64,000 bases of DNA from an uncultured Candidatus Rokubacteria bacterium (GCA_963805625.1 CAWDVE010000010.1:608001-672000), one strand, 5' to 3'. Positions 9,392 to 18,525 are shown, counted from the stretch's first letter. Notes: generated from the sequence alone by a model not told the origin. Translations and numbers: made by a program.

Positions 9392-10159
9392 TCACCCCGC
9401 GCTGAAGCCGCCGTCCACGAAGACGACCTCCCCCGTCACGTAGTCCGACGCCGCCGACGCGAGATAGACGACGAGAGGGCCCAGCTCTTCCGGGCGCCCC
9501 GTCCGGCGCGCCGGCACGTCTCGCAGCAGGCGCTCGCGGATCTGCGCGTCCGCGAAGGCCTCCTCGTTCATCGAGGTCACGAACCAGCCGGGGGCGACGG
9601 CGTTGACCTGCACGTTGTGGCGCGCCCACTCGACGGCGAGCGCCCGCGTCAACGCCAGGAGCCCGCCCTTCGACGCGCTGTAAGCCGCGTAGCCCGCGAG
9701 CCCCCGCGCGCCGAGCACCGAGGCCACGTTCACGACCTTGCCCCGCCGCCGGGCGATCATCCCCGGGCCGACGGCCCGGCAGCAGTTGAATGCGCCGGTG
9801 AGGTTCGTCTCCAGGATCCGGTGCCATTCGGCGGGCGTCGTCTCCACGAGCGGCTTCACGACGGCCACGCCCGAGTTGTTCACCAGGACATCGACGGCGC
9901 CGTACGCCTCGATCGTGCGCTCCACCGCCGCCTGGACCTCGGCCTCCACGACCACGTCCGCCGGGAGGGTCAGCGCCCGCCGGCCAAGGGCGGTCACCGC
10001 CGCCGCCGTGTCACGAAGACCGTCCCGGGAGCGCGCAACGAGCGCGACATCCGCTCCGGCCTCGGCGAGCGCGACCGCCATAGCCCGGCCGAGACCACGG
10101 CTCGCCCCGGTGACGAGGGCGACGCGCCCATCCAGACGGAGCTGGTCCAGCACCGCCAC
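9392..10159 (-). CDS. short-chain dehydrogenase/reductase
   Basis: TGASRGLG, NNSG, YSASK, VNAVAPG. Confidence 0.93.
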   Translation of the reverse strand: MAVLDQLRLDGRVALVTGASRGLGRAMAVALAEAGADVALVARSRDGLRDTAAAVTALGRRALTLPADVVVEAEVQAAVERTIEAYGAVDVLVNNSGVAVVKPLVETTPAEWHRILETNLTGAFNCCRAVGPGMIARRRGKVVNVASVLGARGLAGYAAYSASKGGLLALTRALAVEWARHNVQVNAVAPGWFVTSMNEEAFADAQIRERLLRDVPARRTGRPEELGPLVVYLASAASDYVTGEVVFVDGGFSAG

Positions 10160-10164
10160 CAGGT

Positions 10165-11976
10165 CTAGCTCCGGTACAGCGACTCGAGGAGATCGGCGTA
10201 CTTCGCGCGCACATCGCGCCGCTTGACCTTCAGGGTCGGGGTCAGCTCGCCGCCGTCCTGCGTGAAGTCGTCAGGGAGCACCGCGAACCGCTTGACCTGC
10301 GCGTAGGACGCGAGGTGTGCGTTGACGCCGTCCACGGTGCGTCGCACTCGCTCCATGACCGCCGGGTGACGAACCAACTCGGCGCGCGGCGTGTCCTCGA
10401 GACCCCGCTCCCGGGCGAGCTTGGCAAGCTCGTCCGGGTTGAGCGTGATCAGGGCCACGGGGTATGGCCGCCGGTCACCCTCGACCAGCGCCTGGCTCAC
10501 GAACGGGTCACCCTTGAGCAGGTTCTCGATGTGCTGAGGGGCGACGTAGCTCCCGCCCGAGGTCTTGATCAGATCCTTCTTGCGGTCGGTGATCCGGAGG
10601 AACCCATCTCGGTCGATCTCCCCGACATCTCCCGTGCGGAACCAGCCTTCCGGTCCGAACACCGCGGCCGTCTCCTCCCGCTTCCGGTAGTACCCCTGCG
10701 CGATGTTCGGCCCCCGGACGACGATCTCGCCGTCCTCGGCGATCTTCATCTCTATTCCCTGGAACGGCCGGCCCACGGTCCCGAACTTGAAGGCATCCGG
10801 ATGGTTGCTGGCCAGGATCGGGCACGTCTCGGTCAGCCCGTATCCCTCCAGGATGAGAATCCCAGCCGCGTGGAAGAACTCCGCGATCTCGAGCGCGAGC
10901 GGCGCGCTCCCCGACACGCAGAACCGGAGTCGGCCGCCGAGGGCCGCCCGGAGCTTCGCAAACACCAGCCGATCCGCCAGCGCCTTCTGCACGCGGAGGC
11001 CGGCCGGGAGGGCCCGGCCTTCCAGCTCGAGGCGGCTGGCACGGCGTCCGACCGACAGCGCCCAGTGGAAGATGCGCTGGCGAACCGGCGGTGCCGCCGC
11101 CACTCCGGAGAGGATCTTCGCGTACACCTTCTCAAACACTCGAGGCACGCTGCAGAGGAAGTCCGGCGAGACCTCCCGCAGGTTCTCTGGAAGCCGCTCG
11201 ATGCTCTCGGCGAACGCGGTGGTCAGGCCGAGACGGACCCCGAGGAAGCTCTCCATCCGGGCGAACGAGTGCGCGAGGGGGAGGAAGAGGAGATGGACGT
11301 CGCCCTCCCGTACCCCGGAGGTTCGCGCGATCATGTCGAGCGCGGCCAGGTGGTTCGCGTGCGTCTGCACGACGCCCTTCGGGGAACCCGTGGTCCCGGA
11401 GGTGTACACAATCGTCGCGATGTCCCCGGGTTTCACGAGCTCGAGGCGCGGCTCCAGCGCACCGGTGAGATGCGCCCCCCGACCCAGCGCCCGGAGCGCC
11501 TCCCAGTCGAGCACGCGAAGACGGGGGTTGCCCGCAGCATCCTGAGCGGCCGCCTCCGAAGACCCGTGCATCAGCACGACGGTCTCGAGACTCGGCATCT
11601 CCGCCAAGGCCGCAAAGGCCTTCCGAAGCTGTTGCTCGTCCTCCACGAACAGCGTGCGCGTCTCCGAGTCCCGGGCGATGTAGGCGAGGGTCTCCGGCGG
11701 GTACGTGGGATACACCGGGATGGTGACGCCGCCCAACGACAGGATCGCGAAATCCGCTCGGACCCACTCCCCCCGAGTCTGAGAGAGGACCCCCACCGCG
11801 TCTCCCGGCTGACGCCCCAGAGCGATCAGGCCGAGCGCGACCTCCTGCACCTCCTCGCCAAGCGCCCGCCACGACACGTCGCGCCAGGCTCCGTCGATCT
11901 TGACACGCTGCGCTGCCCGTTCCCCGGATCGGGATACCCTGTCCCAGAAAAGTTGTCCCAGGGACTCTGGGCTCAT
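10165..11976 (-). CDS. fadD: long-chain fatty acid-CoA ligase (AMP-forming)
   Basis: YTSGTTGSPKG, EGYGLTE, RTGDVG, ITDRKKDLI, ELTPTLKVKR. Confidence 0.93.
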   Translation of the reverse strand: MSPESLGQLFWDRVSRSGERAAQRVKIDGAWRDVSWRALGEEVQEVALGLIALGRQPGDAVGVLSQTRGEWVRADFAILSLGGVTIPVYPTYPPETLAYIARDSETRTLFVEDEQQLRKAFAALAEMPSLETVVLMHGSSEAAAQDAAGNPRLRVLDWEALRALGRGAHLTGALEPRLELVKPGDIATIVYTSGTTGSPKGVVQTHANHLAALDMIARTSGVREGDVHLLFLPLAHSFARMESFLGVRLGLTTAFAESIERLPENLREVSPDFLCSVPRVFEKVYAKILSGVAAAPPVRQRIFHWALSVGRRASRLELEGRALPAGLRVQKALADRLVFAKLRAALGGRLRFCVSGSAPLALEIAEFFHAAGILILEGYGLTETCPILASNHPDAFKFGTVGRPFQGIEMKIAEDGEIVVRGPNIAQGYYRKREETAAVFGPEGWFRTGDVGEIDRDGFLRITDRKKDLIKTSGGSYVAPQHIENLLKGDPFVSQALVEGDRRPYPVALITLNPDELAKLARERGLEDTPRAELVRHPAVMERVRRTVDGVNAHLASYAQVKRFAVLPDDFTQDGGELTPTLKVKRRDVRAKYADLLESLYRS

Positions 11977-12099
11977 GGCTGGCTACCTCCCTCGTCTGTG
12001 ATGCCATTCATACACCGATAACTGAGTGAATTACCTCGTATAATCGACTCTTCCACGACGACGACAGCCGCCAGGGGAGCCCACGACGCATATCCTTCC

Positions 12100-12146
12100 T
12101 TGACTCGATGCGTTAGGTACTGCTATAGATATTACGCATCGCGTTA
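12100..12146 (+). promoter_or_regulatory. sigma70 promoter of the phasin gene overlapped by two candidate PhaR operators
   Basis: TTGACT (12100)-18 nt-TATAGA (12124); inverted repeat CGATGCGT (12106-12113)/ACGCATCG (12134-12141). Confidence 0.6.
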
Positions 12147-12206
12147 TCCCGAGCTATTCTTCGTGTCCGTCGGGCCCACGTGTCCGGCGTGAGGAGGCAG
12201 GAGACG

Positions 12207-12653
12207 ATGAACGTACAGCAGCCGCAGCTCTCCCCCGAGTTTTTCGCCGAGATGCAGGGCAAGGCCCTCGAGGCCTTCTCCGTCCTGGCCGACATGAATC
12301 ACCGGGTCCTCCAGGGGCTGGTGGGCTTCTCGGCGTCTACCGCCAAGGAGGGCCTCCGCACCTACGCCGAGCTCCAGTCGGCGACCGTGGAGGCCGTTCG
12401 GACTCCCCAGGCGCCCGTGGGGCCGGAAGCCTTCGAATCGCTCCGTTATAACCCGTTCGCGTGGTACCAGAAGGGTCTGCTGGGCCTCGTCGAGGGCACC
12501 CAGAAGTCCTTCCGCCTCGTGGAGGCCAACGCCCAGGTCGTCACCCGCACTGCCGAGCGCGTCCAGGCCTCGGCCGAGCAGACCGGCCAGGAGATCCAGG
12601 AGACGATGACGACGTCCGTGAACCGGCTCAAGGAAATCTACGCGCACGCCTGA
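12207..12653 (+). CDS. phaP: phasin-like PHA granule protein
   Basis: 148 aa, Gln/Ala/Glu-rich and predicted all-helical; strong RBS (GAGGAGG); next to phaR. The call is contextual. Confidence 0.65.
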   Translation: MNVQQPQLSPEFFAEMQGKALEAFSVLADMNHRVLQGLVGFSASTAKEGLRTYAELQSATVEAVRTPQAPVGPEAFESLRYNPFAWYQKGLLGLVEGTQKSFRLVEANAQVVTRTAERVQASAEQTGQEIQETMTTSVNRLKEIYAHA

Positions 12654-12690
12654 GCCGATGGCCCAGGCCTGACGCTCGGGCCGGCGGCCC

Positions 12691-12732
12691 GGATGAGCCA
12701 GGGGGAGGTCTCACCCCTCCCCTGGCTCATCC
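12691..12732. terminator. hairpin between convergent phaP and phaR
   Basis: GGATGAGCCAGGGG (12691-12704) pairs with CCCCTGGCTCATCC (12719-12732); no U-tract. Confidence 0.55.
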
Positions 12733-13221
12733 GCCGAGCCGCGACTCGAGATCCTTCAGCTTCTCCTTCAACGCGGCGACCTCCGCCTTGAGCCCGGCGG
12801 CATCCGACGAGTCTGCGTTCGGGGCCGGTCGCCCGCCCTCGTGATCCGACGGCCACCAGCCTGCTCGTGCCCCCCAGTCCCGGAGAGCCCGCTCGGTCTC
12901 CCTCTGGCTCGCGGCGAGTCCCGCAAGGCTCGACTGGAGCGATTCCTGAACGAAGGTCTGCCAAGCCGTGCCGTGCTGGATCAGCTGGTGCAGGAATGCG
13001 ACTGGTAGCGCCGACCGGCCGCCCCGGGCCGTATCCAGGATGATCTGAGCCAGGGTCTGGCTCGTCAGATCCTCCCCCGAGACCGCGTCGACGACCCGGA
13101 TCTCGCGCCCTTGCCGGATGAGCTCCTCCAACTCCTCGAGCGTGACGTAGCGACTCCGGCTCTGGTCGTAGAGCTTGCGGTTGGCGTAGCGCTTGATCAG
13201 GATGGGCTCGTCGCTGGCCAT
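12727..13221 (-). CDS. phaR: polyhydroxyalkanoate synthesis repressor PhaR
   Basis: IKRYANRKLYD..SRYVTLEEL...GEDLTSQTLAQII...LPVAFLHQLI. Confidence 0.93.
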   Translation of the reverse strand: MASDEPILIKRYANRKLYDQSRSRYVTLEELEELIRQGREIRVVDAVSGEDLTSQTLAQIILDTARGGRSALPVAFLHQLIQHGTAWQTFVQESLQSSLAGLAASQRETERALRDWGARAGWWPSDHEGGRPAPNADSSDAAGLKAEVAALKEKLKDLESRLGG

Positions 13222-13390
13222 GCCCGGACCCTCGGCGCAGACAGTCTAACACCGCGCGTCAACGTGACAAGGGCAACCTGCCTCGGGCGGCGATGGTTTC
13301 CCCCGGCCCGTTGATCCGCCGGAACCGGCGTGTTACCCCTGGAATGGCGCCGAGCCTCTTCGGCGCACGATCCGACGAGGAGGAGCCGGC

Positions 13391-14137
13391 ATGAAGCTCG
13401 AGGGACGGAAGGCGGTCGTGACGGGGGCTTCCCGCGGGATCGGCCGGGCGATCGCGATCGGGCTGGCCGAGGAGGGCGCCGATGTCGCCGTCAACTACGT
13501 GTCGAGCGAGGCGGCGGCCCAGGCAGTCGTGCGCGAGATCGAGAAGCGAGGCCGCCGCGGCCTCGCCGTACGGGCGGACGTGAGCGACTTCCCCGACACC
13601 TTCCGCATGGCGCAGGATGTCCTCGGCGCCTTCGGGCACGTCGACATCCTCGTCAACAATGCGGGGATCAACAGCGACAAGACCTTCGTCAAGATGGACC
13701 ACGCGGCCTGGAGGAAAGTCCTCGCCATCAACCTGGACGGGGTCTTCAACTGCACCAAGGTCTTCATCGACGACATGCTGAAGCGAGGCTTCGGCCGGAT
13801 CGTCAACATCACGTCCGTCATCGGCCAGATCGGCAACTTCGGCCAGGCCAACTACGCGGCATCGAAGGCCGGCGTGACCGCGATGACCAAGTCCCTCGCC
13901 CGGGAATTGGCGTCCAAGGGGATCACGGTGAACGCGCTCGCGCCCGGGTTCGTCGAGACGGAGATGGTGGACTCCATTCCCGAGAAAGTCCGTCAGCGTC
14001 TGCTCGACCAGATCCCGCTCAAGCGGTTCGGGAAGACCGAGGAGGTGGCGCGCGCCGTCATCTACCTCGTCTCGTCGGATGGCAACTACATCACCGGCGA
14101 GGAGCTCTCCCTCAATGGCGGGCTCCTGATGCGCTAG
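13391..14137 (+). CDS. phaB: acetoacetyl-CoA reductase (PhaB/FabG-like SDR)
   Basis: TGASRGIG, NNAGI, GQIGNFGQANYAASK, LSLNGG; RBS GAGGAGGAG; pha context. Confidence 0.85.
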   Translation: MKLEGRKAVVTGASRGIGRAIAIGLAEEGADVAVNYVSSEAAAQAVVREIEKRGRRGLAVRADVSDFPDTFRMAQDVLGAFGHVDILVNNAGINSDKTFVKMDHAAWRKVLAINLDGVFNCTKVFIDDMLKRGFGRIVNITSVIGQIGNFGQANYAASKAGVTAMTKSLARELASKGITVNALAPGFVETEMVDSIPEKVRQRLLDQIPLKRFGKTEEVARAVIYLVSSDGNYITGEELSLNGGLLMR

Positions 14138-14181
14138 GCCAGCCGCCCGTGCGGTCGCGAGCCTTCGGAATCTGGGACCGG

Positions 14182-14847
14182 ATGCGGCCGCGCCTGCAAG
14201 CGCGGCTCCCCAAAGTCCTCGATACGGTCCGCGCCGTCGGGGCGCGCGGGGTGGTGACCGAGATGCCCCGCTGGCTCGTCCGGCGCGAGTTCATCGTGCT
14301 CGCCGTCAGGCTGCGCGACGCAAGACCGGCCCCCCGGAGCCCTCCCGGCGATCTTCGGCTCGCGACCCTGACCGACATCGACGTGCCCTCCCTCACGCAG
14401 CTCCATCCTGCAATGTCTGAGTCCGAGGTACGACGCCGCTGGGCGGAGGGGCAGGAGTGCATCGTGGGATGGATCGGCATGGCGCCGGCATACTACCGCT
14501 GGGACTCCGGTCGCCCGGCGTACCTCGACTACTTGCGCAAGACGTTCTGCCCGCCCCCGCTCACGCTCCTCACACTGGACGTCCGGACGCATCCGCGCTT
14601 CCAGGGACAGCGTATCGGGGCGTTCGGGGCCGCCTTCGCGAACCGGCGAGGCGTCGAGCGAGGCCAGCTCCAGCGGGTGGGACTCATCGCGCGGTGGAAC
14701 CGTCACGTCATGCGATACAACTTGGCGATCGGGGCCTCGGGGCGTGGGATCGTCGGGTACTGGCACACCGGCGTGCGCCGCCTTTACTTCGCGACAGGGG
14801 ACGTCCGTGTCGAGGGCAACACGATCGCCCTCGATCCCCACCCGTGA
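14182..14847 (+). CDS. GNAT-like acetyltransferase
   Basis: DVRTHPRFQGQRIG resembles GNAT motif A; start uncertain (14149 or 14182). Confidence 0.6.
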   Translation: MRPRLQARLPKVLDTVRAVGARGVVTEMPRWLVRREFIVLAVRLRDARPAPRSPPGDLRLATLTDIDVPSLTQLHPAMSESEVRRRWAEGQECIVGWIGMAPAYYRWDSGRPAYLDYLRKTFCPPPLTLLTLDVRTHPRFQGQRIGAFGAAFANRRGVERGQLQRVGLIARWNRHVMRYNLAIGASGRGIVGYWHTGVRRLYFATGDVRVEGNTIALDPHP

Positions 14848-14886
14848 TGGTTCCGGAGCGCCGAGCTGCGTCGAGTCGGCGTCCGA

Positions 14887-15516
14887 CTAGGGTCGGACGG
14901 GGTCGGGCTCCGTCACTGCTGATCTGTCGGCGCCAGCGCCGAGGACGGGAGCTGGAGGCACCAGCCGGAGCGCCTGGGTCGCCAGCGCCAGGCCGCTCGA
15001 CATCCAGATCGACATCATCTCGACCGCCAGCGCCGCCGGCAGGAAGGCGACCGCCGTCGGCCGGCGGCGGACCGGCCTCGACGCCGCGTACTCGATCCGG
15101 GTCGGCGACGGTAGCACCCAGGCCTCGCCCTCCAGGAGGAGCTCCCCATCCTGGTTGACGCAGGTCGTGCCCAGCCGAAGCCGGTTCCGCTCCGCAACGC
15201 GCTCCGCGACTTCGACCCGCGCCGTCACCCGGTCTCCGATGTACACCGGGCGCATGAAGCGGAAGCTCTGCGAGAGGTAGATCGTGCCCGGACCAGGCAG
15301 GCGGGTCCCGATCACGCTCGAGACGAAGCTCCCCGTCAGCATGCCCGGCGCGATGATGCGGCCGAACCGGGTCCCGGCCGCGAACGCCGCGTCCGAATGG
15401 ATGGGGTTGTCGTCGCCGCTCGCCGTCACGAACTCGCGGATTGTCTCCCTGGTGACCGTGTAGGTGACCTCTGCCACGTCGCCGACAGCCACGTCGTTCA
15501 TCGTGAGTCCGGTCAT
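14887..15516 (-). CDS. phaJ: MaoC-family (R)-specific enoyl-CoA hydratase with a C-terminal extension
   Basis: SGDDNPIHSD hydratase motif, RIIAPGML, LPGPGTIYLSQSFRF..PVYIGD. Confidence 0.88.
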   Translation of the reverse strand: MTGLTMNDVAVGDVAEVTYTVTRETIREFVTASGDDNPIHSDAAFAAGTRFGRIIAPGMLTGSFVSSVIGTRLPGPGTIYLSQSFRFMRPVYIGDRVTARVEVAERVAERNRLRLGTTCVNQDGELLLEGEAWVLPSPTRIEYAASRPVRRRPTAVAFLPAALAVEMMSIWMSSGLALATQALRLVPPAPVLGAGADRSAVTEPDPVRP

Positions 15517-15524
15517 CGGGCCTC

Positions 15525-16175
15525 CTAGGAGCGGCTTGGCGGCCGGGTTGGCGCGCTCGCCGAGGGTCGGGTTCCCGAGCCCCCTGCCGAGCGTGCTGGC
15601 CGGCGGGTCCCGGTGGCGGGGCGGTCACCGGCCTCCGCAGGTCGATCGACTCTCGAGCTCCCCTCACGCAGGAGCCGCCTGATCTCGTCCAGCCGATCCT
15701 CCAGGCCCTCGATCCGCTCTTCCAGGGCGACCAGCTGGGACGCGACGCCGACGACCTGGTTGCGGGACGGTAACCCGAGAGTGCGGAGAGCCTGGTCCGC
15801 GTACTGCTCCATGCCCTTCTTGAGGGGTCCTTGCGCGGTGATGGTCTGATCGAGGTACCGGCCGAGCGCCTGGGCGAACCCTTCGGTTCCCATCACCTGG
15901 CCGAGAGCCTTCGACCAGACCTCGATCCACTGGTCCAGGAACGCCTTCCACTGCTGGGCGAACTCCGGACTCACACCGCCCTGCGCGGCCGCCTTCTGCC
16001 AGATCTCCATTCCCTGGCCGAGAATAGGGCGCCAGAACTGACTGAAATCGGGAGCCCCGGCGGGCGCCTGGGGTGTGGGAGTCTGGCCGAGAGCCCGCAC
16101 CCACGCCTGGGTGCCTTCCTCCAGGGCCTTCTTCCAGATCTCGAACGCGTCCTGGGCCGGGTTCTGCGTGGTCAT
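15525..16175 (-). CDS. phaE: class III PHA synthase subunit PhaE-like
   Basis: Trp-rich helical N-terminus; LRTLGLPSRNQV..VASQLVALEERIEGLED coiled coil; next to phaC. Confidence 0.75.
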   Translation of the reverse strand: MTTQNPAQDAFEIWKKALEEGTQAWVRALGQTPTPQAPAGAPDFSQFWRPILGQGMEIWQKAAAQGGVSPEFAQQWKAFLDQWIEVWSKALGQVMGTEGFAQALGRYLDQTITAQGPLKKGMEQYADQALRTLGLPSRNQVVGVASQLVALEERIEGLEDRLDEIRRLLREGSSRVDRPAEAGDRPATGTRRPARSAGGSGTRPSASAPTRPPSRS

Positions 16176-16241
16176 GTCGGCGTCCCCAGTATGCCACGTT
16201 GCGTCATGGCCTGGAAGCGTTGCGTCGTCCGCCCCCTGTGG

Positions 16242-17315
16242 CTATCCCAGCCGAGCGGCGAGCCAGTCGGACACCCGCGGCCAGCAGTGGAGGGACGCGG
16301 ACCGCCCGGCGATCAGCGAGATGTGCCCACCGGGCAGCTCGAAGTAGGTCTTGTCCGTGCTTCCGGCGTGGTCGATCAGCGCCCGGACGCATCCAGGGGG
16401 GGCAATGTAGTCCTCCTTCGCGCCGACCACGAGGAGCGGGCAGCGCACCTGCCCGAGATCGACGGCTTCCCCCCCGAGCCGGAGCGTCCCCTGGACGAGA
16501 CGATTGTCCTGGTAGAAGTCCTTGACCCACTGGCGGAAGAACTCCGCCGGGAACGGCACGTAGTCGTTCGCCCACCGCGAGAGCGCCCGATAGCCCTCGA
16601 CGTAGCGAGGGTTGTCCAGGTTCCACCAGAGGTTCAGCGCCGTCGTCACGTCCATCGTCGGGCGGAGGAGCTTGAAGCCGACCTTGACCCAGTCAGCCGG
16701 GATCGCCCCCACGGTGTCGACGACCCGGTCCACGTCGTAGAAGCGCTTGTCGAGCCACTGCGCGAAGAGCCCGGCCTTGGCGAAATCGATGGGTCCGGCC
16801 ATGTTGACGTACGCCCGAACCGGCACGTCGGGGTGCTGGGCGACGAACGACACTGAGAGCGGCGCGCCCATGCAGTAGCCGATCACCGCGAGCCCCTCCG
16901 CGCCGGACGTCTCCAGCACCTTGCGGACGACGCGCGGGAGGAGCCGGGTCACGCACTCGTCCACCGTCAGCCCGTTGTCCTCCTCGCCGTAGACGCCCCA
17001 GTCGAGGAGGTAGAAGTCGTACCCGAGCCGGCACATGTGCTCGACGAAGGAGGAGCCCGGCTGGAGGTCGAAGATCGAGGGCCGGCTGATGCCGAGATTC
17101 GGCACGAACAGCACCGGGACCGGCCGTGTGCGCGGGGACTCGTAGCGGTACAGCCGGGCCTTGTTCCGGCGATAGACGACCTGCTTCGGCGTGAGCCCGA
17201 TCTCGGGCTCCGGCGCGGTGGCCAGATCGAGCGCCCGCACGGCCCGTGTCAGCGTTCGCGACCACTCGGCGGCGAGGCTCTGCACCAAGTCCCCCGCCTG
17301 CTTCGTCTCCGGCAT
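16242..17315 (-). CDS. phaC: class III PHA synthase subunit PhaC
   Basis: 357 aa; GLTPKQVVY, LDWG, lipase box IGYCMG (Cys), EDYIAPP (Asp), GGHISL (His). Confidence 0.93.
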   Translation of the reverse strand: MPETKQAGDLVQSLAAEWSRTLTRAVRALDLATAPEPEIGLTPKQVVYRRNKARLYRYESPRTRPVPVLFVPNLGISRPSIFDLQPGSSFVEHMCRLGYDFYLLDWGVYGEEDNGLTVDECVTRLLPRVVRKVLETSGAEGLAVIGYCMGAPLSVSFVAQHPDVPVRAYVNMAGPIDFAKAGLFAQWLDKRFYDVDRVVDTVGAIPADWVKVGFKLLRPTMDVTTALNLWWNLDNPRYVEGYRALSRWANDYVPFPAEFFRQWVKDFYQDNRLVQGTLRLGGEAVDLGQVRCPLLVVGAKEDYIAPPGCVRALIDHAGSTDKTYFELPGGHISLIAGRSASLHCWPRVSDWLAARLG

Positions 17316-17331
17316 GCCTGGCTCCTCCCGG

Positions 17332-18171
17332 CTAGATGATACCGCGAGCTCTCAGCTCGGCCAGCCGAGTCGGCCCGAGCCCGAGGTGTCGCGCGTAGAC
17401 GTGGCCGGTGTGAAATCCGACCGGCCGGCCCGGGACCTTCAGTCGAGCGCGCGGACGAGCCCCTCGCACTGGGCCATCTCGACGAACTGGCCTTCCCCGG
17501 TGCGGTCCCGCCAGCGGAGCGCGGCCAAGACGCCCATGGCCGAGAGGCAGGCGCCGAACCAGTCCCCCGAGGTAGTTGCCCGACCTGATCGGCAGCGCCC
17601 CCTCGAACCCGGAGATCGCCGACAGCCCGGACACGGCCTGCGCGAGGCCATCGTAGGACGCCCGACCCTCGGCGAAGGGCCCCCACTGACCGAAGCCGGT
17701 GTTCGCGACGTAGATCAGCCCGGGGTTGATCTCCCGCAGCTGGCGGTACCCGAGGCCCCACTTCGCCTCGGTCGTACCGGGCTTGAAGTTCTCGACAAGC
17801 ACGTCCGCGCGGGCGACGAGCTTCCGGATGAGGGCTTGGCCCTCGGCGTGGTGCATGTCCACGCCGACGTGATACTTGCCGTGGTTCTGGGGAAAAAACG
17901 CCACGGACACGTTCTTCCAGAAACAGCCCCCGTGGCCGAGGATGCGGGTGACGTCGCCCTGTCCCGGCATCTCGACCTTGATCACCTCGGCGCCGAGCTC
18001 CCCGAGGAAGTCCGCGGTGGCGGGACCGAAGATGATGACGGACAGGTCGAGGACGCGGATCCCCTGAAGCGCCTCCGGCTTGGCGTGGCGCCCGGACGGG
18101 TCGAAGAGGCGCACCGCCCACTCGGTGTACGGCTCGCCGGTCGATTCCGGCCGGGCGCTCACCTCACCCAC
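17332..18171 (-). pseudogene. family III CoA-transferase (CaiB/BaiF) with a frameshift and an internal deletion
   Basis: The N-terminal half is intact (RVLDLS, GAEVIKVE, ENFKPG). After GNYLG a G5 run (17564-17568) shifts the conserved DWFGACLSAMGVLAAL..RTGEGQ into another frame. That frame stops at 17439 and abuts a C-terminal remnant. Confidence 0.75.
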
Positions 18172-18207
18172 CCATCGCGACGAGGGACGCCCGCCGGAGC
18201 CGTGGAC

Positions 18208-18525
18208 TCAGATCCCGAAGAGCCCTGGCAGCCGCATGAGGAGGCTCATGTCCCCCTTGTGCTTGAGCTTCCCGGACATGAAGGCGACCTGGCCGGAGAG
18301 CTTTCCCCCCAGCATGTCGAGCCAGTCCTGAGCGCTCATCGTCAGCGTCAGGTTGGGCTGCGCGGCGCCGCCCTCGCGGATGGCACACTGACCCTCTGTG
18401 ATGTCGACGTGGTACGTGCAGCCCTCCGGTCCTGTGATGTCGTACTGGATGACCGCCTTCAAGCCCTGGGCGCGCTCCGCTCTGAAGCGGCCCGACATCG
18501 CCTCGAACGTGTCCTTGACCGTCAT
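18208..18525 (-). CDS. SCP2 sterol-carrier domain protein
   Basis: VIQYDITG, PNLTLTMSAQDW, AFMSGKLKHKGDMSL; RBS GAGGAGG. Confidence 0.9.
   Translation of the reverse strand: MTVKDTFEAMSGRFRAERAQGLKAVIQYDITGPEGCTYHVDITEGQCAIREGGAAQPNLTLTMSAQDWLDMLGGKLSGQVAFMSGKLKHKGDMSLLMRLPGLFGI

Noticed and set aside
12707-12717. GGTCTCACCCC also found at about 63118-63128, a possible REP-like repeat
   Set aside because: Only an 11-bp match in two places with dissimilar flanks; not enough to call a repeat family
16172-16207. 11-codon uORF (MTQRGILGTPT) overlapping the phaE start
   Set aside because: Overlaps the candidate operator and -10 box, has no RBS and no informative codons
17439-17441. In-frame TGA as possible selenocysteine or readthrough in the CoA-transferase
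   Set aside because: It coincides with the deletion junction and the homologous sequence resumes in a different frame
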